From Candidatus Micrarchaeum sp. (lineage in GTDB: Archaea > Micrarchaeota > Micrarchaeia > Micrarchaeales > Micrarchaeaceae): a stretch of DNA of 32,000 nucleotides. The stretch is taken from NCBI RefSeq assembly GCF_016806735.1, contig NZ_CP060530.1, positions 180,001 through 212,000 on the forward strand. The letters are read 5' to 3'. The notes beneath the pieces are model-generated. The model saw nothing but the letters and a program-made list of their open reading frames with translations, made no database searches and was not told the origin of the DNA. Positions 1-8,346 of the stretch are shown in pieces; positions within the stretch are counted from its first letter, which is position 1, and each line of letters starts with the position of its first letter. Made by a program: the position numbers and the translations under genes.

Positions 1-413
1 TACCTTGCGCCGCACGCCTCGCATACGAGCATGAGCATTCCTCTGCCGGCATTTTCAAGGTGCGTATCGGGCTTGTGGCACTCCCTGCAGATGACGTAGG
101 TCTCAAAATATTTGTGTATCTCCTTGTCCAGCTGCTCCTGGGCGAATTTTCCTGTGAGTACTAGCCTCTGGTCCTCCATGCTAGTCGGCACTCCAAATTC
201 CCTGCTTAAATATCTTGCGATATCCGAGACGTCCCTCCTTGCCTTGTCGGCAATTATTGCCATGTTTCTTATTATCGTCTTGTTTCCCTGCACCATGGAT
301 TCCACTGTGGGTATTACGAAATCGGATTTCTCCGCTTCTAGTGTGGGAAGCTTCGAAAAAGCCCTGTCGAGCAATTCCGAGTATTCTTTGTCATTTATTT
401 CAATCACCAGCAT
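1..413 (-). CDS. translation initiation factor aIF2 beta subunit (3' end of gene runs off the left edge of the window)
   Basis: Absent from the ORF track because there is no stop in the window. My reverse-strand translation from ATG at 413-411 is stop-free: MLVIEINDKEYSELLDRAFSKLPTLEAEKSDFVIPTVESMVQGNKTIIRNMAIIADKARRDVSDIARYLSREFGVPTSMEDQRLVLTGKFAQEQLDKEIHKYFETYVICRECHKPDTHLENAGRGMLMLVCEACGAR. YVICxxCxxPDT...CxxCG is the a/eIF2-beta zinc-ribbon signature. Confidence 0.85.
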   Translation of the reverse strand, partial: MLVIEINDKEYSELLDRAFSKLPTLEAEKSDFVIPTVESMVQGNKTIIRNMAIIADKARRDVSDIARYLSREFGVPTSMEDQRLVLTGKFAQEQLDKEIHKYFETYVICRECHKPDTHLENAGRGMLMLVCEACGAR

Positions 414-493
414 ATTATTCTAGAGAATAAAATATTTAGCATATGCTATTTTGAGCCTTTTCACTCTATCCCATTCTTATCTCCGCAAACCTA

Positions 494-500
494 TTTATAA
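494..500 (+). promoter_or_regulatory. TATA box (TTTATAA) for the SRP RNA gene
   Basis: cctaTTTATAAc lies about 20-25 nt upstream of the first paired nucleotides of the SRP RNA (about 518-520). This is typical archaeal box A spacing. Confidence 0.4.
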
Positions 501-517
501 CTCATTATTGAATATAA

Positions 518-788
518 GCCTTGGCGGATAGGCTGGGAAGCTAAGGGTTTCCCGTTCGCAAATCCCTTTCTGGCGGGCCAATGCCGGTTGCGTTATGCAA
601 GCGGCTTTTGCGCCCAGATGGAAGCGTTGATGCCTTGCCCCAGGTGGTAGCTTGGTGCGTGAACCAGGCCAGGCCGGAAGGAGCAACCTTAAGCACATTC
701 AGGCTACGCTCCCGGGATACGGGGCTGAGCTGAAGTATGGTCAACGCAACTGCTGCTTGCATGGCAAGGCCGGCTTCCGCCGCTAAGA
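518..788 (+). ncRNA. signal recognition particle RNA (archaeal 7S RNA)
   Basis: GC-rich non-coding block. It contains ccaggccaggccGGAAggagcaaccttaag, which matches the universal SRP helix-8 motif (compare E. coli 4.5S CCAGGUCAGGUCCGGAAGGAAGCAGCCAAGG) with its GGAA tetraloop. 5' cttggcgg (520-527) pairs with 3' ccgctaag (780-787) to close the molecule. Length of about 270 nt fits archaeal 7S RNA. The ORFs at 495..698 and 541..762 here are spurious. Ends are good to about +/-5 nt. Confidence 0.8.
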
Positions 789-821
789 TTTAAAAACAGT
801 GCAAACGTAAATGAATAGCAT

Positions 822-922
822 GCCGGGGTCGCCTAGAGGTATGCGCAAGCACTCTAAAGGGCGGCAGCCTGCTAAGCTGTTTGGCTGAAAGGCCTTCGTG
901 GGTTCGATTCCCACCCCCGGCG
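822..922 (+). tRNA. tRNA-Ser(GCU) with a ~15-nt intron in the D-loop (about 841-855)
   Basis: Fold by hand: acceptor GCCGGGG/CCCCGGC with discriminator G; D-stem GCC(831-833)/GGC(860-862); anticodon arm GCAGC-CUGCUAA-GCUGU (anticodon GCU at 871-873); long variable arm GGCU-GAAA-GGCC (class II); T-arm GUGGG-UUCGAUU-CCCAC. The D-loop is 26 nt instead of about 11. Removing AUGCGCAAGCACUCU, which forms its own hairpin UGC-GCAA-GCA flanked by AGAG/CUCU, leaves UAGAGGUAAAG and an 86-nt tRNA. No CCA is encoded. Confidence 0.8.
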
Positions 923-970
923 CTCATTTTTCAATGCCATAAAAATTCGGCATCTTCAAAATGCGTGCTT

Positions 971-1552
971 TCATGAAAGCATTCCGAGCACATCGCTGGT
1001 TTTTCTTACCAAGCCTATCCTCGGAAATATATTCTTGACTGTCGCATCGTGTTCCTCCCTGCTCATCGCGCCCATGGCGTCCTCGACGAATATCTGGTTG
1101 TAGCCGTTCTGGTATGCCTCTCTTGCAGTAGATTCGACTCCTATGTTCGTCGATATTCCGCACAGCACTATGTTTTTTATTCCCCTGCGCCTGAGCTGCA
1201 GGTCGAGCTCGGTGCCGTGAAAAGCGCCCCAATGCCTCTTTGTTATTATTATGTCTCCTTTCTGCGCATTCATTTCTGGCACGAATTCGTCCCAGTCTGC
1301 AGGCCTTTCGCCTCCCCAATTCGGTGCGCTGTCCACTATCGGATTGAGCATGTCCTTCCCATCTATGGAAGACACGTGCACCAGACACACAGGCGCTTTG
1401 TTCTCCCTGAACTTGGCTGCAAGCATCGCAGCGTTCGCAACAACTTCCGATGCAGCATTCGGTTCGATGTTTCTTCCGCTTGCGGCTATCCCCTTCTGCA
1501 GGTCTATAACTACGAGGGCTGTTTCCTTGAAATTGAATCTTTTCTCCTCCAT
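971..1552 (-). CDS. isochorismatase-family cysteine hydrolase
   Basis: 193 aa. TALVVIDLQKG...KRHWGAFHGTELDLQLRRRGIKNIVLCGISTNIGVESTAREAYQNGY is the canonical isochorismatase/nicotinamidase-like fold pattern (Asp, Lys, and the Cys in LCGISTN). Confidence 0.85.
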   Translation of the reverse strand: MEEKRFNFKETALVVIDLQKGIAASGRNIEPNAASEVVANAAMLAAKFRENKAPVCLVHVSSIDGKDMLNPIVDSAPNWGGERPADWDEFVPEMNAQKGDIIITKRHWGAFHGTELDLQLRRRGIKNIVLCGISTNIGVESTAREAYQNGYNQIFVEDAMGAMSREEHDATVKNIFPRIGLVRKTSDVLGMLS

Positions 1553-1647
1553 GCAATCACAAATATCAAACGCAATTTCTTTTATTTAGCATTTTCCCAA
1601 ATCTGTTCTGTAGTAATATGCACTATTTTCAGGCGGTTTAAAAAAAG

Positions 1648-1722
1648 CGGGCTCGGAGGGATTTGGACCCTCGACTTAGAGGTTAAAAGCCTCCCACTCT
1701 GGCCAAACTGAGTTACGAGCCC
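1648..1722 (-). tRNA. tRNA-Lys(UUU)
   Basis: Reverse complement reads GGGCUCG UA ACUC AGUUUGGCCA GAGU G GGAGG CUUUUAA CCUCU AAGUC GAGGG UCCAAAU CCCUC CGAGCCC G. This is a perfect 75-nt cloverleaf with no intron. A TATA-like ttttatatat lies about 28 nt upstream on the minus strand. Confidence 0.9.
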
Positions 1723-1811
1723 AAGAAACTAGATTATTTTGCCCTGAAATATATAAAAGCCTTAATACGTTTTATATCAAAACAAATAACAGCAAATAAT
1801 AATATGATTTG

Positions 1812-2660
1812 ATGGAAAAGGCATTGTTGATCGGCGGCTACGGTTTCTTTGGAAGCCATATGTACTCTGCGCTGGCCGAAAAATATTCTGTGGAAGTAAT
1901 GTCAAGATACAAGCATGACACCGGCAACGTTCAAGGCAAGGATTGGATAGAAGGGGACATAACGTCAAGGGCCGACGTCGAAAGGACATTGGAACGGGGC
2001 TACGACTATATATTTGATTTTGTTGGCTTGATAAATGAAAAAGCGCAGAAACATTCGGACGTGAACATAACAGGGACACGGAACATAACCGGAGCGGCAT
2101 TGTCTTCCGGCACCGAACCAAAAATAATTTATATATCGGCGATAAACGCCGAAAACGGAACTACAGAATATTTCAGGACAAAAAGGGAAGCAGAGAAAAT
2201 AATCTCTGCATACAAAAACAGTCTGATAATAAGGCCTTCAATAATATACGGCAAATACGATTTTCTGACCTTGCAGTTCTACAAGCTTCTCAATCAGAAT
2301 ATCCCTATTTTTCCGAAATCGGGCCTTATATATCCCGTATATGTCGACGATATAGTGGAAGTAGTGAAATCCAAGATGAACTTCACTGGGGTTTTCGACG
2401 TTTGCGGGAATGAAAACCTGAGGTTCGGGGACATGTTCAATATATTTAGGAAAAGGTTTGGAAAGAAACCCGTGCGCCAGGCGTCAATGCTGCTGTTTAA
2501 GGCAATATCACCAATATTGGCGCATGCTGGCATAATAGAAAAAGAACAGATGGACATGCTGGGATATGATTTTTACCGCCAAGACAGCATACTGAAAGAA
2601 GTTGTCAAAGAACCTACACTGTATTCGGAATTCGTCAAAGGATTGGAGGCACGCAACTAG
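1812..2660 (+). CDS. NAD(P)-dependent epimerase/dehydratase (extended SDR family) protein
   Basis: N-terminal Rossmann motif LIGGYGFFGSH (GxxGxxG). Length of about 282 aa and overall pattern are typical of atypical or extended SDRs. ATG at 1812 is preferred over the TTG at 1809 used by the track. Confidence 0.75.
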   Translation: MEKALLIGGYGFFGSHMYSALAEKYSVEVMSRYKHDTGNVQGKDWIEGDITSRADVERTLERGYDYIFDFVGLINEKAQKHSDVNITGTRNITGAALSSGTEPKIIYISAINAENGTTEYFRTKREAEKIISAYKNSLIIRPSIIYGKYDFLTLQFYKLLNQNIPIFPKSGLIYPVYVDDIVEVVKSKMNFTGVFDVCGNENLRFGDMFNIFRKRFGKKPVRQASMLLFKAISPILAHAGIIEKEQMDMLGYDFYRQDSILKEVVKEPTLYSEFVKGLEARN

Positions 2661-2669
2661 GTCGATCAG

Positions 2670-3431
2670 ATGATGAAAACTTCCGATGACATAATAGACG
2701 GCTTTGACGGGTTGCTGACCAAGGAACAGGCAGACAGGCTGTATTTGGAATCAAGGTCACGCTCAGGGATAAACGGGGGATTCGTGACTGCAGGGTATAT
2801 AAGCGATCTAATGGGTCCCGGCGCAACTGGCATACTCAAGGGGCTTGAAAAAGAAAGACTAAACCTAGAAGATAAAATTTATCGTATTTTTAACCCCGTC
2901 AAAAAGAACTTCGGCAACTCCGATTCCGTATCACGCATTTTGGTCCTGGGCTCCGAGGGCAGCACGGCAAATGTGCTGCTGGGCAAAAAACTATCAGATG
3001 CAATAGATTCTGGGTTGTTCTGCAGGGGAGACACAGTAGTAATTACAAACCTGACGATGGACATAAGGGCGTCACTTCTCCGGCCGACGCAAAAAACCTC
3101 AATCAAAAAGATTGCCGTTGAAGATTCATGCATAAAAGATTTTTCCTTGCTAAGCCCCGGAATGAAGAATATAGATGTCGTAGGAGTTGCGATGGAAGCA
3201 GGCCCTGCCGTAACGCTGGTAAATTCTGCGTCAAGGAAATTTGTATCTACGTACATTATGCTAAGCGATGGCAAAACTTCCGTCCGTGTTGCATGCACAG
3301 GCTCTTCGGCAGAACTGGCTTCGAAATTGCCTTTGAATTCAAAGGTAAGAATAGAATTCTGCGATGTGCGCGGAAACAATGGCACAACGGAAGTGCATGC
3401 AGGCAATCTCTCAAGAATTGCGGTTCTTTAA
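2670..3431 (+). CDS. hypothetical protein, possibly two OB-fold (RPA/SSB-like) modules
   Basis: 253-aa ORF starting 9 nt after the preceding gene. The segments ILVLGSEGSTANVLLGKKLSDAIDSGLFCRGDTVVITN and VVGVAMEAGP...YIMLSDGKTSVRVACTGSSAELASKLPLNSKVRIEFCDVRGNNGTTEVHAG resemble the beta-rich pattern of archaeal RPA OB folds. The function call is weak. Confidence 0.4.
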   Translation: MMKTSDDIIDGFDGLLTKEQADRLYLESRSRSGINGGFVTAGYISDLMGPGATGILKGLEKERLNLEDKIYRIFNPVKKNFGNSDSVSRILVLGSEGSTANVLLGKKLSDAIDSGLFCRGDTVVITNLTMDIRASLLRPTQKTSIKKIAVEDSCIKDFSLLSPGMKNIDVVGVAMEAGPAVTLVNSASRKFVSTYIMLSDGKTSVRVACTGSSAELASKLPLNSKVRIEFCDVRGNNGTTEVHAGNLSRIAVL

Positions 3432-3441
3432 AAATGACGTG

Positions 3442-6195
3442 TTATCTCTGCCCGTATTTTGCATAAAATGACAGGTACTGGCTCATGACAACGTCAGGGG
3501 CGGATGGCTTCGTCAATTTAATTATGCTCTCCAGGTCTTCATTCGTGACTTTCGAATCCTCACCGCTCTTTATTGTGCGCTGCATTGCCCTGGTTTTTGC
3601 CTCCCTGCAAATGCTCGCTATGTCCGCCCCGGTATAATTCTTGGTCATGCTCGCGAGCAGCTTGAAATCCAGATTCGCCGCTTTTGGGACCTTTTCCAAA
3701 TATTCTTCGAATATCTTGGCCCGCGCTTCCTCGTCTGGAGGTTTTATGAATATGAGCTTGTCAAATCTTCCGGGCCTCAATATTGCAGGATCCATCACGT
3801 CAGGCCTGTTAGTTGCCCCTACTACTATCACGTTATTCATCTGCTTCAGCCCGTCCATGTCCTTAAGCATTTCTGTTGTTATCTGTGCGTTTATCTCGCT
3901 CGCATTTTGCCTGTTTATTATTATCCCGTCTATCTCGTCTATGAATATGATTGATGGCTTGTTCTCTATGGCCCTGTAAAAAATCGACTTCAGCTTGGCA
4001 TTCGCGTTTTCTATGCCTTCGTTCTGCAGGGTGGGCGCGTCTATCTCCAGCATGGTCACTCCCTTCAACTCATTGGCCACTGCGCGCATCAGCATCGTCT
4101 TTCCCGTTCCGGGCGGCCCGAAAAGTAGCATGCCATTTATCGTCTTTATATCATATTTTTCAAGAAGGTCAGGATGCATCAGCGGTATCTGTATTGCTTC
4201 TACTATTGCCTTCTTTGCAGCATCGAGCCCTATGACTTTGTCGAGCGTGATTTCGTCTTCCTTTTTGGACGTGGTATCGTTGCCCATGCGCCTTTCGAAA
4301 TCTACCTTGAACGTATTGTATTTCTCAATCTGTGCGAGCGTAGTCGAAGGCTTTGTAGATTTTATGACGCTTAGCATGTCGTCCATTGTTATCTCAAGTA
4401 TCCTGTGCTCGTTCGCTGCTTCCTGGGCCACCATTTGGGCTACGCTTTGGCATACTGCTTTTATGTCGGCACCAGTATACCTGGGCGTCTTTTCCGCTAG
4501 CAGATCAAGGTCCATGTTGCTGGAAACTGGCAATTTTTTAAGGTATATCTCAAATATTTTCTTCCTGCCGTTGAAGTCTGGGAGCTGCATGTATATCGCC
4601 CTGTCGATCCTTCCTGGCCTCAAAAGTGCAGGGTCGAGTTTATCCGGTGTGTTTGTGGCTCCAACCACTATAACATGCTCCAGCTTCTGGAATCCGTCAA
4701 GCTCCTGCAACAGCTGCGATAATATGTGCCTGTGAACTTCATCAGTCTCCAAGTCCCTGCTCATTGCTATTGAATCTATTTCGTCTATGAAAAGCACGCA
4801 CGGAGTGTTCTTGTTTGCTATTCCGAATATGTTGCTGAGCATCTTCTCCGATTCGCCAGTGTACGCGGATACTATGTTCGTTCCTTTGATATAAAAGAAG
4901 TTCGCATGTATCTCGTTGGCAAGAGCCCTCATCATAAGTGTCTTTCCAGTTCCTGGAGGACCAAAAAATATTATGCCTTTGAGCGGCTTTATGTTGTATG
5001 CCCTTGAAATGCCCTTTTGCTCCAGAGGGGCTATTATGGCTTCCTTGAGCTCTGTCTTGGTATTTTCATAGTTTCCTATGTCATCAAAGGTTTCGGTAAC
5101 GTTGCCCTGCTGCAAATCTTCGAACGCTTCCCCGAACTTCATTCGCGTATCATACTTCTTAACGTCAAGTGCCTTTACAACCTTCACATTGTAAAGCTCC
5201 AGTATCGCTAGGCCAACAGGTGCTATTGCAAAGCTTATGAAAGGGTAAATGTAGTTTATGTTTATCGGCTGCAGTATTCCAACTGCAAGGTATCCTATTG
5301 GGATTATCACCCCTGCTATTGCTGCTTTTCCTCCCTTTATCTTGGATCTGCTGTTTATTGCAATCCTTTCAATGGCAAACGCGGCAAGCAGGTATATCGG
5401 TATTACCAAAAGGTAATATATCTGTTTTGAAATGGCGCTCAGCATCATCGCAAACGTCACGTCTATGCTTTCTATGGCATTTTTGGAAACGAACTTGTTT
5501 GCCGCAATGCTTGCTCCTTTGGCGAAATTTATAATGTTAAGGGCGGGCAACCCTTCATAAGTATAGTTTAATTCGCTACCGAAATCTTTTGTACTGAATC
5601 CCTGATGTACCAAATGCCCATTCAACGGCACAAGCGCGCTGGATCCTATGCCCATCACTCCGGAAAATGCGGCAATGCCGAGCACGACAATTAGGAACAT
5701 CATGACGGATCTTTTGAATCCCACCGTAAGCACTGCAAATATCGCTACCGGTATGGCAATGACTACTCCTACGAATGAAAACGCTGAAGCAATCAGTATG
5801 TAAGCGAACAGTATGGTCCTGTAATGCATGTAACCGTATATGAGCGAGAAGCTCAATATGAATAGGAATATCCATGCCAAAGCCGGCGTCTGGTACACCA
5901 ATATCGGTACCATTATAAGCATCAGCAATATGAATCCAAGAAACGGGTGTATCTCAGTGGCGGCGAAGAGCCCTATGACTATGAGCAGAATTATAAGGTA
6001 AGGGTAAAAGGGAAACGCGTATGCAATCGATACGAAAGCAAGTGCCACTAGGACTGCATCAAGGAAGTTCTTGTTGGACCTTATGTTCATCAGCAGGTCC
6101 TTTATCCTGTAATACCACAGCGGCCCTCGTTTTGCCTGCTTGAGTATATTGCGGACTCTTTCGCTTTTTATCTCCTCGTTACCTATTTTTGGCAT
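3442..6195 (-). CDS. membrane-anchored tandem AAA+ ATPase (Cdc48/VAT-like D1-D2 cassette fused to a polytopic N-terminal membrane domain)
   Basis: 917 aa. Residues from about 40 to 335 are a run of hydrophobic helices, roughly 8-10 predicted TM segments. D1 has Walker A FFGPPGTGKTLMMRALANE, Walker B CVLFIDEIDS and second region of homology ATNTPDKLDPALLRPGRIDR. D2 has LFGPPGTGKTMLMRAVANE, SIIFIDEIDG and ATNRPDVMDPAILRPGRFDK. There is no protease domain. Confidence 0.85.
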   Translation of the reverse strand: MPKIGNEEIKSERVRNILKQAKRGPLWYYRIKDLLMNIRSNKNFLDAVLVALAFVSIAYAFPFYPYLIILLIVIGLFAATEIHPFLGFILLMLIMVPILVYQTPALAWIFLFILSFSLIYGYMHYRTILFAYILIASAFSFVGVVIAIPVAIFAVLTVGFKRSVMMFLIVVLGIAAFSGVMGIGSSALVPLNGHLVHQGFSTKDFGSELNYTYEGLPALNIINFAKGASIAANKFVSKNAIESIDVTFAMMLSAISKQIYYLLVIPIYLLAAFAIERIAINSRSKIKGGKAAIAGVIIPIGYLAVGILQPININYIYPFISFAIAPVGLAILELYNVKVVKALDVKKYDTRMKFGEAFEDLQQGNVTETFDDIGNYENTKTELKEAIIAPLEQKGISRAYNIKPLKGIIFFGPPGTGKTLMMRALANEIHANFFYIKGTNIVSAYTGESEKMLSNIFGIANKNTPCVLFIDEIDSIAMSRDLETDEVHRHILSQLLQELDGFQKLEHVIVVGATNTPDKLDPALLRPGRIDRAIYMQLPDFNGRKKIFEIYLKKLPVSSNMDLDLLAEKTPRYTGADIKAVCQSVAQMVAQEAANEHRILEITMDDMLSVIKSTKPSTTLAQIEKYNTFKVDFERRMGNDTTSKKEDEITLDKVIGLDAAKKAIVEAIQIPLMHPDLLEKYDIKTINGMLLFGPPGTGKTMLMRAVANELKGVTMLEIDAPTLQNEGIENANAKLKSIFYRAIENKPSIIFIDEIDGIIINRQNASEINAQITTEMLKDMDGLKQMNNVIVVGATNRPDVMDPAILRPGRFDKLIFIKPPDEEARAKIFEEYLEKVPKAANLDFKLLASMTKNYTGADIASICREAKTRAMQRTIKSGEDSKVTNEDLESIIKLTKPSAPDVVMSQYLSFYAKYGQR

Positions 6196-6306
6196 CCGAA
6201 ATACCTGCTGCGGCTCAGTGCAGCATATAATGCTATGCTGACACGTTACCTGCTACACTGCATTATCTCTTATATTTATTAAAATTTAAACCCTTTTGCA
6301 GGACAG

Positions 6307-6831
6307 CTACCAGGGGACTTCTTTTAGCTTAAGCCTGTATGCGCCCACGTTTGTCATCAGATGTGTTATTCCTGTCAGCAGAACCAGAAAAACAAGTCCG
6401 TAAACTCCCGGAATGCCTACGCGGTAAGCTGCAAAGACAAAAACAAGGGCGAAAATGAAGAACCCATACTGGTCCATTACAGGAAAGCTCTTGCCAGATC
6501 TTACTCCGAGCTGCCTTTTTATGAAGCTTCCGATAAGGTCGCCAAAGTTGGCCCCAAGCGTAAGCAGTACCGCAACTGGCAGCATATAATGCAGGAACGG
6601 GTATTCTATGAGCCCTACAGCTATTCCTGCTATTAAGCTGGATGCTGTACCTCTGAAGGTCTTATGGTCTCCAAATATCCTTTTCCCGTTTATCTTTCTG
6701 CCCAAATCCAAGGGCTTCCCGCCGCCAAAGAGCACCGGAGCGCCATTCGCAGCATACGCTGGGAAGATGTAGATTATTGGGTATATTACTATCGAATATA
6801 TTGCGTAAAGAAGCGCGTCCATTGTAAACAC
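6307..6831 (-). CDS. carS: CDP-archaeol synthase (CDP-2,3-bis-O-geranylgeranyl-sn-glycerol synthase, DUF46 family)
   Basis: 174-aa polytopic membrane protein. PAYAANGAPVLFGG...GKRIFGDHKTFRGT...GDLIGSFIKRQLG matches the conserved CarS/DUF46 motifs. TTTATAA lies about 35 nt upstream. Confidence 0.8.
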   Translation of the reverse strand: MFTMDALLYAIYSIVIYPIIYIFPAYAANGAPVLFGGGKPLDLGRKINGKRIFGDHKTFRGTASSLIAGIAVGLIEYPFLHYMLPVAVLLTLGANFGDLIGSFIKRQLGVRSGKSFPVMDQYGFFIFALVFVFAAYRVGIPGVYGLVFLVLLTGITHLMTNVGAYRLKLKEVPW

Positions 6832-7007
6832 TTTCCGAATGTATACACTCTTGGCAGAAAACCCTTATAAATTATGGAGCAAACCGTATGCCATGTAAAT
6901 TGAAAAATCCCGGTCACAACACGCAAGGCATAAAATATCAACAGCGTAATAAATATGTTCGGATGCAACCGCATGCCGCAACGTAAATAGATACAGCTGG
7001 CGTTTGA

Positions 7008-7364
7008 TTGACAGAAATAAAGCAGGCAATAATAATAAGGTCCGACCTGGAAATGAGCAAGGGCAAGACCGCAGCCCAGGCTGCGCACGCATCCCTGATG
7101 AGCTATTTCGAAGCAGAGAGGCAGGACAAACAGATCGCAAGGGAATGGTTGGATACTGGAGAAAAGAAGATAGTCCTCAAGGTCAGCGATGAAGACTCAT
7201 TAATAAAACTATATAACGCGTTCAAGTTCAAGAAGGTACCATGTGCCCTGGTCACCGACGCAGGTCTCACCGAAATACCTCCGGGAAGCAAGACGGCCCT
7301 TGGCATAGGCCCGTGGAGAAGCGAAGAGATCGATCTGTTCACCAAGCAGCTCAAGCTGCTATGA
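7008..7364 (+). CDS. pth2: peptidyl-tRNA hydrolase, archaeal/eukaryotic type (Pth2)
   Basis: 118 aa. KQAIIIRSDLEMSKGKTAAQAAHAS...KIVLKV...ALVTDAGLTEIPPGSKTALGIGP is the Pth2 signature. The start codon is TTG. Confidence 0.9.
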   Translation: MTEIKQAIIIRSDLEMSKGKTAAQAAHASLMSYFEAERQDKQIAREWLDTGEKKIVLKVSDEDSLIKLYNAFKFKKVPCALVTDAGLTEIPPGSKTALGIGPWRSEEIDLFTKQLKLL

Positions 7365-7369
7365 TGCGT

Positions 7370-8296
7370 TCACACCTGGGTAAGCCAGTCCTTGTATCTG
7401 GCGTTTTTTCCGCTAACTATGTCCCTGTACGTAGAAGCAATTTTTGAAGTTAGTGACCCAACCATTCCGTTTCCTACCTGTATTCCGTCAACGTTTATTA
7501 TCGGAGTTACCTCTGCTGCAGTTCCTGCGAAGAATACCTCGTCCGCAGTGTAAAGTTCCTCCCTGTGCACATTCGCTTCAACGACTTCTATTCCTTCATC
7601 TCTTGCAACCTTAATTATGCTGTCCCTGGTAATGCCTAAAAGTATGTCCGATTGCTCTCCAAGCGCGAGCAATCTTCCTTTCTTCACAAGAAATATATTC
7701 TCTCCCGGGCCTTCTGCTATGTAGCCGTTTAGCGAAAGCAGTATCGCCTCGTCATATCCCGAAGCGTGTGCTTCGTTCTCGGCAATTATGGAGTTTATGT
7801 AATTGCCACTTGCCTTGGCCCTTACGGGCAATATGTCGGAATTTATTCTGCGCCACGAAGAGACCTTGCACTTTATCCCTTTGTCTACGCCGCTTCCGAA
7901 ATATGCCCCGAAAGGCACGGCAGCTATGAACACGCTCACGTGCTTTCCGGAAGTGGTCATACCTATTCCGTCATCCCTGTAAAATGCGAACGGGCGTATA
8001 TAGCAGGAATCAAGCCCATTTAGCTTTATTACTTGCAGTATCGCCTTGCTTATGTCATTCTCGGAGAAGCCAAGATTCATGGAATATATCTTGGCAGTTT
8101 CAAAGAAACGCCTTACGTGGTCCCCAAGCCTGAAAACCGCCGTGCCCGAATCGTTCTTGTAAGCCCTTATTCCCTCAAAAATCCCGCTTCCGTACTGCAG
8201 CGAATGTGTAAGTATCGGAACCTTCGCATCTGCATAATCCATAATTTTTCCGTCAAGCCATACCTTCAAATTGCTGCCATCCATAAAAACACCCAT
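7370..8296 (-). CDS. ilvE: branched-chain amino acid aminotransferase (PLP fold type IV)
   Basis: 308 aa. VWLDGKIMDYADAKVPILTHSLQYGSGIFEGIRAY...CYIRPFAF...NYINSIIAENEAHASGYDEAILL...EGPGENIF...GITRDS...FFAGTAAEVTPI are all classic IlvE blocks. An alternative ATG lies at 8284. Confidence 0.9.
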   Translation of the reverse strand: MGVFMDGSNLKVWLDGKIMDYADAKVPILTHSLQYGSGIFEGIRAYKNDSGTAVFRLGDHVRRFFETAKIYSMNLGFSENDISKAILQVIKLNGLDSCYIRPFAFYRDDGIGMTTSGKHVSVFIAAVPFGAYFGSGVDKGIKCKVSSWRRINSDILPVRAKASGNYINSIIAENEAHASGYDEAILLSLNGYIAEGPGENIFLVKKGRLLALGEQSDILLGITRDSIIKVARDEGIEVVEANVHREELYTADEVFFAGTAAEVTPIINVDGIQVGNGMVGSLTSKIASTYRDIVSGKNARYKDWLTQV

Positions 8297-8346
8297 AAAA
8301 CTCCCGCATGAAAATATAATAAGCTAATAGCGTTTGTGTTTGTAAT

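Noticed and set aside
495-762. ORFs 495..698 and 541..762 on the minus strand
   Set aside because: They lie entirely within the SRP RNA gene. The amino-acid composition (Pro/Arg/Leu-rich) is typical of translated GC-rich structured RNA.
852-858. Alternative reading of the 822-922 tRNA with anticodon loop CUCUAAA (anticodon CUA, amber suppressor or Pyl-like)
   Set aside because: That parse needs a mismatched anticodon stem (AAGCA/UGCUA) and leaves about 23 unexplained nt. The GCAGC-CUGCUAA-GCUGU arm is perfectly paired. It also gives a class II Ser tRNA with the correct variable arm and G73. CUCU is better explained as part of the intron hairpin.
1049-1711. 220-aa plus-strand ORF
   Set aside because: It is antisense to the well-supported isochorismatase-family gene and runs through the tRNA-Lys gene. 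It is a shadow ORF.
3641-5875. Multiple plus-strand and alternative-frame ORFs (for example 3995..4735 at 246 aa, 3641..3979, 5576..5875)
   Set aside because: They are antisense or out of frame with respect to the strongly supported 917-aa AAA+ gene. They have Ser/Leu/Cys-rich shadow-ORF composition and no motifs.
6215-6250. Nested palindrome cagcatataatgctatgctg between carS and the AAA+ gene
   Set aside because: It is a short hairpin of 5-6 bp, AT-rich, in a 110-nt spacer. It is compatible with an ordinary terminator or promoter context and is not distinctive enough to call a riboswitch or sRNA.
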